A DNA stretch of 61,427 bases. Source: a virus (Duplodnaviria > Caudoviricetes). The notes beneath the pieces were generated by a model. It did not search any database. It had not been told where the DNA came from and was given only the letters and a program-made list of their open reading frames with translations. Positions 45,705 through 55,117 of this stretch are shown here, one piece after another. Position 1 is the first letter of the stretch. Each line of letters opens with the position of its first letter. The stretch is taken from positions 1 to 61,427 of the IMG/VR virus record IMGVR_UViG_3300035670_000214, one strand, 5' to 3'. The position numbers and the translations under genes are program-made.

Positions 45705-46318
45705 ACTCCAGTAGTAAGTTTATATATAAGACGTTCGTCAAACTCTCTGAACTCTAAGCTATTTGCCAAAAGAGCCTTGTGAATGGCGGTCCAGCCTAGC
45801 ATTATCGCATCATTCTCATCTGACTTATGGTAGTTATCTGGTACTAGGCTACGCCAACTGCGCGGACTTACTAGTAGTACAGGTACATCCCAGATACTCA
45901 TGATTACCCCTACAGATTGATGCAGGCTTATTACGTTACGGGTAGCGAAAGCTGCGCCTGGTCCTTCCCCCATAAAGGGAGGGATGTTCTCGGTAACGAG
46001 TAGGTCTGGTTGCTCGAAATCCTCCCTCAATGAGTGGGATAGTCTATACAAGCGGTTATGTACCTCGTCTCCGGAGCGGATACGTACAAGGCCGCTATCC
46101 TCCAGCTGCCCTGACTTATAGATAGCATAACCTGGCTGACTATTAGCACTACCGCTAGAGGGGTCAAAGGCTAGGACAGTGCCGTTGAGCAGTGCGCCTA
46201 TGTTGGATGCTACTGCCTTGTCTAGCTTAGACGCCCCCGTCTTTCTTCCTTGCTGTAGAGGTGAGGTAGTTTTGCGTTTTCTCGTTCGTTTTCCAGTCAT
46301 AAGTTTCATCCTTATCAT
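45695..46318 (-). CDS. RuvC-like Holliday junction resolvase (start uncertain)
   Basis: VLAFDPS...GYAI...VTE...DENDA. Confidence 0.75.
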   Translation of the reverse strand: MIRMKLMTGKRTRKRKTTSPLQQGRKTGASKLDKAVASNIGALLNGTVLAFDPSSGSANSQPGYAIYKSGQLEDSGLVRIRSGDEVHNRLYRLSHSLREDFEQPDLLVTENIPPFMGEGPGAAFATRNVISLHQSVGVIMSIWDVPVLLVSPRSWRSLVPDNYHKSDENDAIMLGWTAIHKALLANSLEFREFDERLIYKLTTGVWP

Positions 46319-48653
46319 CTGCCCATGATAGGCATACGTTTGGTTCGCCTTTAAGGTGTATCTCTCCGCCTAACATCTTATTCAACTTAGGGTACACTAC
46401 ATCCTTCAGTAGCTTTACAGCTTGCTCCGCTTGGTCCTTATGTACAGCAAACATTAAGCAATCGTGTAGGTCCATGTGCCAGGGGTACCAGTCGAACCCG
46501 TTGCTAGACAATTCCTCTGCAGTCAATACCTGGAACAATACGTGAGCATCATGGCCGACAGACTGACACTGCGAGTTCACTAGGTCCTTCTCTCGCATTG
46601 GTTCAAGGCAGATTGGTCTACCAAAACCATTGAGTAGCCAACCCCCGTTATCCTTCCACTGTCTTCGGAGTTCTGCTTCCCAAACTTTAACCCCACGTCG
46701 CAAGTCCCAGAAACCACGATGCATCTTTATTACTTCATCGAGACTGATGTCAATACCATCCTCCCTTAAGGAAGCATGTATCTTACCTGGACCCGCTTGA
46801 TAGTTGGCCGAGAGTACTACCTTCTTTGCTACCTGACGCCATTTACTAGCTGCCTTCTTCGCTGCCTTTACTGACTCAGGTGTCCAGTTCTCTGGGTCGT
46901 AACCGCACTCGCGTATCTTTTGACCGAGTACAGGAAGACGCGCTCCGACCGATAGGTACATACAGTCCCCTTTGCGACTGGTCGGGCCATAGAAGTTCCA
47001 AAGACTAGCATCTCGGGATAGTTCAGCAAGAACATAGTCCTCTAGTGAGGCGTGGTCGCAGGTAATAATGACATAGGGTTCAGGTACGGTAAATGCGGCT
47101 AAGTAATCTAATGACTTAGGAGGATTCTGGGCATTGAATCCACCAGCCCCAGCCAGACGACCGGTATGTGTACCTGGTACCTTGAAGGATGGATGGTACT
47201 TGCCTGTATCCAAATTGATGACGTTCCTCAGAGACTGGTTAAAACCCAACTCCTTCTCAGCACTAATGTAGTCAGATAGTAGTTTACCGGGGGCGCCAAA
47301 TTGACGCAGAGCCACCTCATCTGTAGCAGGCTGTCCAGATTCGGTAGTCGATACTATTGGATAGCCCATAGCCTCGTAGAATAGCCACTGCTTTTGTGGT
47401 CCACTGTTCAGGTTAAAGAGGCTTTCAGTCTGCAAGTCCTCGAGCTTTCGCTTCCAATTAAGCCAGACCTGACTGGTAATAGGACCAGCAGCTAGTTTAG
47501 CTTGGTAGGAAAGCCAAGCTTGGGTCTCAGTTCCGTCCTTTTTGTAACGATTAGTTGGCTCTGCTGGAGGCCACTCGCCCTTATGTTGCTTGGGCTCCTT
47601 ACTTAGGTGCTCGTCAATGATACGCTTGGAATAGGCATCTACGTGAGGCTTAACCTCTGGATGTTCTAGGAATTCCTGCTTCAAACCTTGGATGCGAGAT
47701 TCCAGGTTTACTTTATGTGTATCGAGCATAGTAAAATCGACGGTAATCCCGGAGATTTTTTGCCAGATAAGCAGGTATAGGAAGCGCATGTAGAGTTCGT
47801 GCATGTACCACTGCAGGCCCTCGAACTTATGTAACACAGGCTCTAATACCTTGACGTAAAAGTCAAATGTTGATTGGGCATCGAGGCGACAGTATTCTCC
47901 TAGCACCTCCGCAGGAGCTAGGTACATCATTTCTTTTTTGGGGCTGACCCAGCGGTCGTCTTCTTCCGTAATCTCAGGGATAGACTGAGAGTACTGTCTA
48001 GCACCCTTAGCGTAAGCCGGAAAATAATAATAGCCCTCTTTCGCTGTTCTGCTGATATTCGCCACATGTTCGTTCTCTATAAGCCAGAGGTCGAGTTTAG
48101 CTTCGTTACTATTAGGCCATTTAAGAAGGTCTACCTGAGCCTTCTTGAGACCATACTGCTGCCCTGGGTAGCCTTCAGATGCTAATAATCTGTATAAAGC
48201 ATAAGTACATACGTGCCAGTTAAGCCAGCAACCAGGCTCCTTACTAGCAAGTCCTTGACGTGGTCTGCCAGTCTGGTCCAGGTCTCGCATGAACCAGCCT
48301 GCATCGAAGAATAGGTTATGGGCCATCAATCTTATAGATTTACGGCGTAAAATGTCAACTAACACTGGGAGCGTATCTGGAGCGCTATTTGTGATGGAGA
48401 TGTAAATGGAACCCTGTTCATTGGCGAGGCCGACGCCCACAACGTAACTGTCAGGGTCTGCGTAATCGCCTTTGGTTTCAAGGTCAAGAGCTAGGAGGCT
48501 TCCCTCCGGGACGGCGGATAGTAGAAGAGGCAGTACCGTTGCTGGCTTGTCGGTGGCTATTAGCCCCGGCCACTTTGGATGCAAAGGGCGCAGGCTGGGA
48601 GGAGTTGGAGCGGCTTTCAGGAGAGCTAGGGATACATCCATGAGAGACTCCAA
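46227..48653 (-). CDS. polA: Family A DNA polymerase with 3'-5' exonuclease
   Basis: ExoI DLET, ExoII HNLFFD, ExoIII YCRLD; TGRL, NAQN; motif A DHASLE, B RQVAKKVVLSANY, C LHD. Confidence 0.93.
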   Translation of the reverse strand: MESLMDVSLALLKAAPTPPSLRPLHPKWPGLIATDKPATVLPLLLSAVPEGSLLALDLETKGDYADPDSYVVGVGLANEQGSIYISITNSAPDTLPVLVDILRRKSIRLMAHNLFFDAGWFMRDLDQTGRPRQGLASKEPGCWLNWHVCTYALYRLLASEGYPGQQYGLKKAQVDLLKWPNSNEAKLDLWLIENEHVANISRTAKEGYYYFPAYAKGARQYSQSIPEITEEDDRWVSPKKEMMYLAPAEVLGEYCRLDAQSTFDFYVKVLEPVLHKFEGLQWYMHELYMRFLYLLIWQKISGITVDFTMLDTHKVNLESRIQGLKQEFLEHPEVKPHVDAYSKRIIDEHLSKEPKQHKGEWPPAEPTNRYKKDGTETQAWLSYQAKLAAGPITSQVWLNWKRKLEDLQTESLFNLNSGPQKQWLFYEAMGYPIVSTTESGQPATDEVALRQFGAPGKLLSDYISAEKELGFNQSLRNVINLDTGKYHPSFKVPGTHTGRLAGAGGFNAQNPPKSLDYLAAFTVPEPYVIITCDHASLEDYVLAELSRDASLWNFYGPTSRKGDCMYLSVGARLPVLGQKIRECGYDPENWTPESVKAAKKAASKWRQVAKKVVLSANYQAGPGKIHASLREDGIDISLDEVIKMHRGFWDLRRGVKVWEAELRRQWKDNGGWLLNGFGRPICLEPMREKDLVNSQCQSVGHDAHVLFQVLTAEELSSNGFDWYPWHMDLHDCLMFAVHKDQAEQAVKLLKDVVYPKLNKMLGGEIHLKGEPNVCLSWADDKDETYDWKTNEKTQNYLTSTARKKDGGV

Positions 48654-48896
48654 GCAACGGTTGACTGCCGAAACGCTTAAGCTTATTGCCTGAGAACTGA
48701 CCTAAGTTACCCATCTCTTCAGGATGGAAGAGATAACCACCAAATTCGTAACCCTCACTAGCTAACAGTTCGGAGCTGTTACTTAGGGAAACGGTAGCCA
48801 GGATTGGGTCAAAGGGCCAGTTCTTAGTCATAGCTTAGGGCTCTTTCAATCTGATTCTGTGAATAGCCCAAGTTACACTTACGTGTAACCTGCACA

Positions 48897-49211
48897 TCAA
48901 TTCTTCGCAGTGACAATCAAAGACTCAACCTTTAGTTCACGACCATCTTCCATGCGAATGAAGACTTCGAGCTTGTTAGGCTTGCCCTTGAACATGGCGC
49001 GACCATCCTTAGTTTGACCGGGGAAAAGGCCAGTAAGGTTAATGAATTCCACGCTCTCGCCTTCTCCAACCTTAGCTGAAAGGCTGTGAGTGGGACGATT
49101 CTCGCCCTCAGCCTTTGGCTTTGATGGAGCGCTAGCGGGCTTGTTGCCTGCGTAGCTACTGCGTGGTGCTGTTGCTGCTGCTGCTGATTTCTGTACGTAT
49201 GCCATGAACAT
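48897..49211 (-). CDS. Hypothetical protein, possible ssDNA-binding protein
   Basis: Small beta-rich domain (RPTHSL...TGLF...TKDG) in the replication cluster; highly biased codons. Confidence 0.4.
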   Translation of the reverse strand: MFMAYVQKSAAAATAPRSSYAGNKPASAPSKPKAEGENRPTHSLSAKVGEGESVEFINLTGLFPGQTKDGRAMFKGKPNKLEVFIRMEDGRELKVESLIVTAKN

Positions 49212-49216
49212 TCCTC

Positions 49217-50206
49217 CTAGGAATAAAGGCTAGACACTGCGTCCAACCATTTCTTGTAGTCTGACTCTAGCTTATCACAGGTAGCTTGTAAAGGACAATA
49301 ATCGCAGTTGCTGAAAGTCCCTGGACTACCATCTGCTTTAAGTGTACTCGGTCTAGGTGCAAGCTTCTGTTTTGATTTCTGTTCTACCACGACTTCGTAG
49401 TAGTCGATGATACCTTGTTGAGTGATAGGTGTCCAAGTCCATTCCATACCCTCAGGTCTATCGGCAAGTATGGGTCTATACTTTAATTGTTTACCCTTAG
49501 TCCATTCTAACTCGTATCCTTGACGGAACTGTAGCAACTTCTTAACTGTAACCTTGCCCTTTGATTCACCAAACTCCAGTACATTAGTGAGCAGGTTATC
49601 CTTAGGTGGAAAGGTACGTTGTTCCCAGCCACTGCCTACTGCAAACTCCGCACGATTGGTATACCAGAGTTGGAACGGCACACCTAACTGCCAACTGTAA
49701 TGACCTGCTTGCATGAGGTGAACGAGCTTGGGTTCTAGCATTACGCCAGTATCTCTACCGGTCCATACGCTAGAGACAAGTTTAAGCTCTAGACCTACTA
49801 CTGGCTTAAACTCTTCACCTTCCATTCGGCCTAGTACAATGTCAGGTCTACCAGTAACCGCAATACCAGAGGGTGTAACCCACCTGATAGGTACTTCCTC
49901 CTCACGCTTAACAACAAGGCTTTCGCCTAAGGCTTTTATCCCAGTCTCCAATGACTTTACCCAGATATCTTCGTTGGATAGACCAGCATCAAACATAAGG
50001 CGCTTACTATCCTCGACCTGTTCGTAGCGTATACCCTCGAATCTCAGTAGGGTAGTACGGGCGCATGGACCTGCTACCTTACCGCCATCCATAATAATGC
50101 CAGTATTACCAGCACGCAATATCCCCTTCTTATCCGCCTCTTTCAGGTCATGTTCGGCTGCCATAGACTGGATGCCTGCATCGTATAGTGCATTAATATC
50201 AAGCAC
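49217..50206 (-). CDS. Cas4-like PD-(D/E)xK exonuclease
   Basis: CAR...GRPDIV...ELK...QAGHY...CDYCPLQATC. Confidence 0.8.
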   Translation of the reverse strand: MLDINALYDAGIQSMAAEHDLKEADKKGILRAGNTGIIMDGGKVAGPCARTTLLRFEGIRYEQVEDSKRLMFDAGLSNEDIWVKSLETGIKALGESLVVKREEEVPIRWVTPSGIAVTGRPDIVLGRMEGEEFKPVVGLELKLVSSVWTGRDTGVMLEPKLVHLMQAGHYSWQLGVPFQLWYTNRAEFAVGSGWEQRTFPPKDNLLTNVLEFGESKGKVTVKKLLQFRQGYELEWTKGKQLKYRPILADRPEGMEWTWTPITQQGIIDYYEVVVEQKSKQKLAPRPSTLKADGSPGTFSNCDYCPLQATCDKLESDYKKWLDAVSSLYS

Positions 50207-50324
50207 ATCTTACCTCTTACCTTGATTGTTGTGTAGATGCGCTTAATCAATGACAGCTAGCAACATCCACTCTTTGTATTCGGCTCGGTCGGGGATAGGC
50301 TCCCCGGCCTTGAGCATTAGCTGC

Positions 50325-50630
50325 TTACCCGTGTAACGATTCCTTAGTATCCAGGCTCTCTGGTTCGGGAACCTGCTCAGTATCTCCCGAAGACTCATGA
50401 CCAGCAGCTTCATCCGCTAGCTCCTTTAGTATTTCCTGTTCAAGTTCTGCGTCCTCTTTGGAGCTAGCTAGTTGTTTCTTATGCTCTTCTAACATTTGAT
50501 TCCACACCAGGTCCACGCAATAGTTGACGAAGGTGTCCAGCTTTAGGTTTACCCCATCAAGCTGGCTCTTCATCAGTTGGTACTGCTCCAGGTCTGCGAA
50601 CGATACGTCTACTCTTACCTTGTGTGCCAT
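50325..50630 (-). CDS. Hypothetical protein (RHH-like N-terminus, acidic tail)
   Basis: AAGGAG RBS; VRVDVSF strand followed by helices. Confidence 0.45.
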   Translation of the reverse strand: MAHKVRVDVSFADLEQYQLMKSQLDGVNLKLDTFVNYCVDLVWNQMLEEHKKQLASSKEDAELEQEILKELADEAAGHESSGDTEQVPEPESLDTKESLHG

Positions 50631-50859
50631 GGTACGTCTCCTTGTTCACTGTTAATACTATACACTGCCTATCGCCTAACTTACGTGCTAACTGGTACTG
50701 AAGTTTCTCGTTAAATATTACTATCAAGTCGGGGTACTTGTAACGCTCAATCATAAGAGTGCGGTGTTTCAGGTGACTTATAGTCTCCACATCCACTACC
50801 TGGGCCGTGTCCTTGGAGTGTTGTATATACCAGGTACCCTTATACTTTGACGGTATCAT
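50557..50859 (-). CDS. Hypothetical protein
   Basis: ATGA overlap with the protease gene. Confidence 0.45.
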   Translation of the reverse strand: MIPSKYKGTWYIQHSKDTAQVVDVETISHLKHRTLMIERYKYPDLIVIFNEKLQYQLARKLGDRQCIVLTVNKETYHGTQGKSRRIVRRPGAVPTDEEPA

Positions 50860-51479
50860 CTGGCTAACCTCAATACGTAGTAGTCCAGCACTTTAAACCA
50901 TACCTTAGTAGACTTCTGTTGCACCTTAGTTATAGACCACATGCTATTATCCGAGTCACGGAACGCTAAGTAGTCTAGCTCACTCATGCCAGTAACTTCC
51001 ATGCCCAACTGGTCCCACTTCTCTTGCTCAGCAGCTGTCTGTAAGCCAGTCTCAATAAGGTCTTGAGGCAGAACAGGCTGGTTAAAACTGACGTGTATCT
51101 TATGTGGAAACAAGCGGCTAGACTTAAGGGCGTAGCGTTTATCGCAGTGCAAGTAAATGAAGAAGGCTGCGCTAGCTACGTAGTTACCGGCATAACAATG
51201 TATAGTCTTACCTCTAGCGCGGAGCATGTCAAACTGACCCACCAACCACTCAGCTGCACGCATGTCTCCACCTGGACTATTGATGAGCAGGTGTACATCC
51301 TTAAAGGTAGCGGCTGCTTGCATAGCTACCATGCGTACACTGTAGATACTAACGGCATCTTGTAGCTGCACTGTGTCCTCGTCTAAGCTAACGTAGTTCA
51401 CCTTGACGGCGTTAGTTTGTGCAAACAGACCTGCCGTGAGTGTCATGCTTAGGATTAGTGAGCTAAGTATAGGTAACAT
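50856..51479 (-). CDS. ClpP/S14-like serine protease with a signal peptide
   Basis: LLINSPGG, VASAA (nucleophile Ser), KRYA...LFPH; hydrophobic leader ending LFA. Confidence 0.8.
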   Translation of the reverse strand: MLPILSSLILSMTLTAGLFAQTNAVKVNYVSLDEDTVQLQDAVSIYSVRMVAMQAAATFKDVHLLINSPGGDMRAAEWLVGQFDMLRARGKTIHCYAGNYVASAAFFIYLHCDKRYALKSSRLFPHKIHVSFNQPVLPQDLIETGLQTAAEQEKWDQLGMEVTGMSELDYLAFRDSDNSMWSITKVQQKSTKVWFKVLDYYVLRLAR

Positions 51480-51584
51480 CTGTCATTCCTCATCGTCAGG
51501 TTTGCCATCAGTGAACGTCGCTATCAAGAATAGCACGAGTACTAGGGTTGCTGCAAGCAATATCGGGTCCATGCTAGGTATTCC

Positions 51585-51863
51585 TTAAAAGGGTGCGTTC
51601 CAGAGGTGGCTGTCGTCATTCGCCACCAGGTACCACTCGGCCCAGAGGTCTACTGCATCTGGTACCCAGTCGGTATCCAGTATACCTTCCACCTGGCAGG
51701 TGAGTACGTAATTACTTCTCGGGTTTCCCAATTCCATCAAGCATAGACTGTGCGAGCCTGGCCAGCCGCTCTTCCTCACTGCTTGGCCCGTAATCATTAT
51801 CCTCCTCGCAGTCTTCCAGTTCATATGGTTCGCAGTAGCAGTCGTCGTCTTGCTTGTTCTCAT
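51585..51863 (-). CDS. DUF2829 / Tad2-like protein (start 51863 or 51824)
   Basis: MNWKTARRIMITGQAVRKSGW...WVPDAVDLWAEWYLV matches the MxFxxA...GxxVxRxxW...WxPxxxDxxAxDW pattern; AAGGAGG before 51863. Confidence 0.65.
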   Translation of the reverse strand: MRTSKTTTATANHMNWKTARRIMITGQAVRKSGWPGSHSLCLMELGNPRSNYVLTCQVEGILDTDWVPDAVDLWAEWYLVANDDSHLWNAPF

Positions 51864-52089
51864 CGAATACTTCCTCCTTAGTGTAACCGCCAAACTGAAC
51901 CATACATCGGATGAATAGCAGTAATTCTTTAGCATCCATTCCATCTGCTGAATCTTCTGAGCTTAAGTATAAATGATTACCGTATAGATGTAGACTGGGT
52001 AGAAAACGACGCGCCTGCCAGAAGGGTAAATCCTTTATTAGTTTAGCTTCCAGTTGTTTTGTAGTAGCTTGATATTGTTTAAAGTTCAT
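51712..52089 (-). CDS. Hypothetical protein with an acidic tail
   Basis: ATGA-coupled; its tail overlaps the DUF2829 ORF. Confidence 0.5.
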   Translation of the reverse strand: MNFKQYQATTKQLEAKLIKDLPFWQARRFLPSLHLYGNHLYLSSEDSADGMDAKELLLFIRCMVQFGGYTKEEVFDENKQDDDCYCEPYELEDCEEDNDYGPSSEEERLARLAQSMLDGIGKPEK

Positions 52090-52541
52090 TGTTCTTCCTT
52101 CTTACGAAATGGTATAACCTTAGACTCTTTACCGGCGTTCAGCTTCTTAGCGTTAGCCTGTTCCTTCTGACGCTTGCCTCTGCGAAGCTCGTTGGTTATG
52201 CGCTCGTTACTGCGCTTGCGCTCCAGCTCCCGTATCCGCTTCTGGTCCTCTGGACTAATCTCGTTATCTCTCAGTTCTATCTCTGGCTTAGCAATAAATA
52301 CCCACTTGTTATAGCCACCGTAGATAAGCTGGGTACCTACGCCAGCTTGGGGCTTATACTGGTTGGGACTCAAGGGTTTAGCCTTGTAGATGAAGCCATG
52401 GTTTGACTCCTCATCCTTGCCCAGTATCAGGAACCAGCTGTGCGAGAAGGCGTCCCGGACTACCATAGGGCAGCCGTGGGTACGTTCCAGTTCAAGAAGG
52501 GTGCTGTACATCAATCGTCCTCCCTCATAAATACTAAGCAC
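52086..52541 (-). CDS. Hypothetical protein
   Basis: Downstream of a leftward promoter; basic coiled-coil tail. Confidence 0.55.
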   Translation of the reverse strand: MLSIYEGGRLMYSTLLELERTHGCPMVVRDAFSHSWFLILGKDEESNHGFIYKAKPLSPNQYKPQAGVGTQLIYGGYNKWVFIAKPEIELRDNEISPEDQKRIRELERKRSNERITNELRRGKRQKEQANAKKLNAGKESKVIPFRKKEEQ

Positions 52542-52702
52542 AAGATTAGCATGGTGCTAATGAATATGCCAAGTACTATATGCGCTACGGTATGGTCCAT
52601 TAGTAAGCTCCTTGTAATCATTGGTAAATAAAAATAGTACTTGACAGTCCGCTTCGCGTCGTGATACCTATAAGGTATCTGGGTTTTACCTTATAACCCT
52701 CT

Positions 52703-53107
52703 CTACTCATTACCCTCATTACCATTACCTACCCCTACCGTAGGTATATCTGCAAGAACTGTACCAGTCGTACCTTGGATGTTGCAAACATCCTTGTCTT
52801 GCCTATCCCAGAACGCATGTATTATACTGTCTACTAGTAGCTGTAGCTCTGGCTCCAGGTCCTCGGTAACTATTGCCTTTATAATAGGCTCATTCTGTTT
52901 AATGTGTCTAGTGTAAGCATCGTATATCTCTGCTTCATCCATATCCAGGTAGTGGTCTACCAGTCCATTCCACATGAAGAGTTTATGCTCATCGCATAAC
53001 TCTAGGCCATAATGACTTGGTGACTCCCGTACTATCACCTCGTCTGGTAACTCACGTAGATGTTTATCTGCCAACTGATAGGCTATGCGTCTGAATTTAC
53101 TTTCCAT
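52703..53107 (-). CDS. Hypothetical protein
   Basis: AAGGAG RBS; coupled to the HTH gene. Confidence 0.55.
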   Translation of the reverse strand: MESKFRRIAYQLADKHLRELPDEVIVRESPSHYGLELCDEHKLFMWNGLVDHYLDMDEAEIYDAYTRHIKQNEPIIKAIVTEDLEPELQLLVDSIIHAFWDRQDKDVCNIQGTTGTVLADIPTVGVGNGNEGNE

Positions 53108-53634
53108 TACTTGGCTCCTTTGAACTGGGAGATAGCTTCTTCGGCCATCATTACTGTATCCGGTTGTATGTCTGCTAAGGAGACTCTAGCGTTAAGTGAA
53201 TGCTTCACGCCATAAGCATTCAGCTTACGCTGGAGGGTGCGAAGACCTATACCCAGACTCTGTGCCGTCTTAGTCTTGTTGCCCTTCATGTGGATAAGGC
53301 GGGTCAGAATCAGATACTTCTCCATGTCCCTAATACTAGTAGTGTCGCCTGGTAAGTAGTTCACGTGTGCTCCTCTGTTGTTGTTCATGGTACCTCCTAT
53401 GTCATTTCGTCGTAGTTGTTTACGCACCGTGTTGATGTGCATATTAAGTGTATCGGCAACTGCTTCCAAATTCTTTAGCCTTCTGAAACGAATAATTATG
53501 CAATGGGTTCTAAACTCCTGAATAGTCTGGTAATTCCGTAACCTAGGTAGCTTACTATGCCGCCAGATATTCCGTATCTCTCCATCTATCCACAGTTGTT
53601 TAGGCTTAGTCATAGCTACTCCAGAACTCCTCAC
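53107..53634 (-). CDS. Tandem Fis-family (HTH_8) DNA-binding protein
   Basis: NLEAVADTLNMHINTVRKQL and GNKTKTAQSLGIGLRTLQRKL; internal GGAGG-ATG at 53388. Confidence 0.8.
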   Translation of the reverse strand: MRSSGVAMTKPKQLWIDGEIRNIWRHSKLPRLRNYQTIQEFRTHCIIIRFRRLKNLEAVADTLNMHINTVRKQLRRNDIGGTMNNNRGAHVNYLPGDTTSIRDMEKYLILTRLIHMKGNKTKTAQSLGIGLRTLQRKLNAYGVKHSLNARVSLADIQPDTVMMAEEAISQFKGAK

Positions 53635-53839
53635 TCATCTTTATCCTGACGAACTCCAGCTCGAAGAGGGGAATGAATAGGCTACCTTTAAAAGCTGATG
53701 CCTCGTTACTCTCCAATTCCTCCACGTCAGCGCCAGCGTAGCCGATGAGAAGGCGGTCCCAGGGTAGCCAGAATCTGAGGCTAATCTGAAGTCCGCCATT
53801 GATACGTCTACTAATCCAAATGAATTTCAGAAGGTCCAT
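53606..53839 (-). CDS. Hypothetical protein
   Basis: AAGGA RBS; first gene after a promoter. Confidence 0.5.
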   Translation of the reverse strand: MDLLKFIWISRRINGGLQISLRFWLPWDRLLIGYAGADVEELESNEASAFKGSLFIPLFELEFVRIKMSEEFWSSYD

Positions 53840-53898
53840 GCTAATATATCCTTTAGTGTAGGTTAATGGTCCGGTGGCTTAGCTTACGGACCTATACT

Positions 53899-53927
53899 AT
53901 AGTATCCTATAGCTTAGTCCGCGTCAA
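53899..53927 (-). promoter_or_regulatory. sigma70-like promoter
   Basis: TTGACG-N17-TACTAT on the minus strand. Confidence 0.6.
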
Positions 53928-53933
53928 TCCGCA

Positions 53934-54806
53934 CTAGTGCGTCCGGGACGAAGTCATTCTTACATAGTCCTCCACTAGGTGGTCTGGGTATAGATACTCC
54001 TGGCCATAGCGTTCGCTAGGCGTAGTCTTTCGTTCTATACCTTTAGTCTTAGCTAACTTACCAAGCTCCCTGGATAGCTGCTGAGGAGTCTTAACCTTCA
54101 ACTCTGGGTATATGTTCTGCCAACCTATCACGGTCTTCCAGCTATCTAGTTCTTGCAGGCGTATGCGTGCGTCAACGTAGGCATCTTCGAGTACCCTGTA
54201 CCGTCGCACCGCCTGAGCTGCAGTATTCATGGCCGTAGCCTCACGCTTACTGCCTATCCAAGCCTTGGTACGCTCGGCCTCATTCAGCTTGCTTATCAGT
54301 AGGTGTACGTAATCGGCTAGCTTACTAGCATTGGCTCTCAGGTCTTGGTTCTCTAGGTCCAACTGACTCGCTCTAGCAGACTCGGTCCATAACTGACGAT
54401 TGATAGCCCAAGCCTCTGGGGTATTAACCAACTTTACAACCGCCTCTACTGTTTCTTTAGGCAAGAAGTGTGATGGTCTACCAGTTATTGGAATAACCTT
54501 TTTATTACGGAGAGTTGTCCTGGTTTCTTGAGTAATACGCATAAAACTAAGACTGTAACTTTTAATCAAGTGATGGATGGTTGAACTATCTACATTCAGT
54601 AGTCGCGCAATTTCAGATAAGAACATACCATCCTGTCCGTTAATCCGTAGTATGATTGCCCGCTTACCGTTATCCAGTTCCTTGTACTTTACGTTTACTG
54701 CTGACATTGTTTGCTCCTTATTGTTAATAGCCGTCTTTATAGACCTTCGGTCGCCAAAGAGATGTTCATCATCTTGTTCAGTACCCATCTTTATACCAAT
54801 TACCAC
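53934..54806 (-). CDS. Antirepressor-like DNA-binding protein (probable start MSAVN near 54707)
   Basis: N-terminal HTH (LSEIARLLNV); AWIGSKREATAMNTA motif seen in phage antirepressors. Confidence 0.65.
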   Translation of the reverse strand: MVIGIKMGTEQDDEHLFGDRRSIKTAINNKEQTMSAVNVKYKELDNGKRAIILRINGQDGMFLSEIARLLNVDSSTIHHLIKSYSLSFMRITQETRTTLRNKKVIPITGRPSHFLPKETVEAVVKLVNTPEAWAINRQLWTESARASQLDLENQDLRANASKLADYVHLLISKLNEAERTKAWIGSKREATAMNTAAQAVRRYRVLEDAYVDARIRLQELDSWKTVIGWQNIYPELKVKTPQQLSRELGKLAKTKGIERKTTPSERYGQEYLYPDHLVEDYVRMTSSRTH

Positions 54807-54975
54807 CCTTGAGTTGGAAGCTACCTAAGCTAATCAATCTATGCCATTCTGGCGCAGTACACTTAGGACACTCTTTAACCTTAGCCTGGTACTCATCTCC
54901 TTCCTTCATGCTCTGTATCAATTCTAGCTCATGGCCACAAGTCTTACATTTATACCTATAAATAGGCACCCTCAT
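54778..54975 (-). CDS. FmdB-family zinc-ribbon protein
   Basis: PIYRYKCKTCGH...CPKC...RLIS...FQLKGGNWYKDGY. Confidence 0.85.
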   Translation of the reverse strand: MRVPIYRYKCKTCGHELELIQSMKEGDEYQAKVKECPKCTAPEWHRLISLGSFQLKGGNWYKDGY

Positions 54976-55117
54976 TCTCCTTCTTTTTTTTCGTTTGATA
55001 ACTTAAATGGATTGGGTTTTCCTGCTTGTTCAGCTAGTAGATTTGTTAAACTAGCTAATACTATTTTAATATCATTTAATTGGTCTGCAATTTCTTTTAA
55101 ATTGCTGGCTTCTTTTC

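Noticed and set aside
40498-48653. Z-base (2-aminoadenine) or other hypermodified genome implied by DUF5664 plus an atypical PolA
   Set aside because: No PurZ, queuosine-pathway, glycosyltransferase or other modification genes found; DUF5664 alone is widespread
49217-50206. CRISPR-Cas locus
   Set aside because: A solo Cas4-like nuclease with no array or other cas genes
53934-54806. Lysogeny module
   Set aside because: Antirepressor-like gene and Leu762 PolA are present, but I found no integrase, CI-like repressor or partition genes
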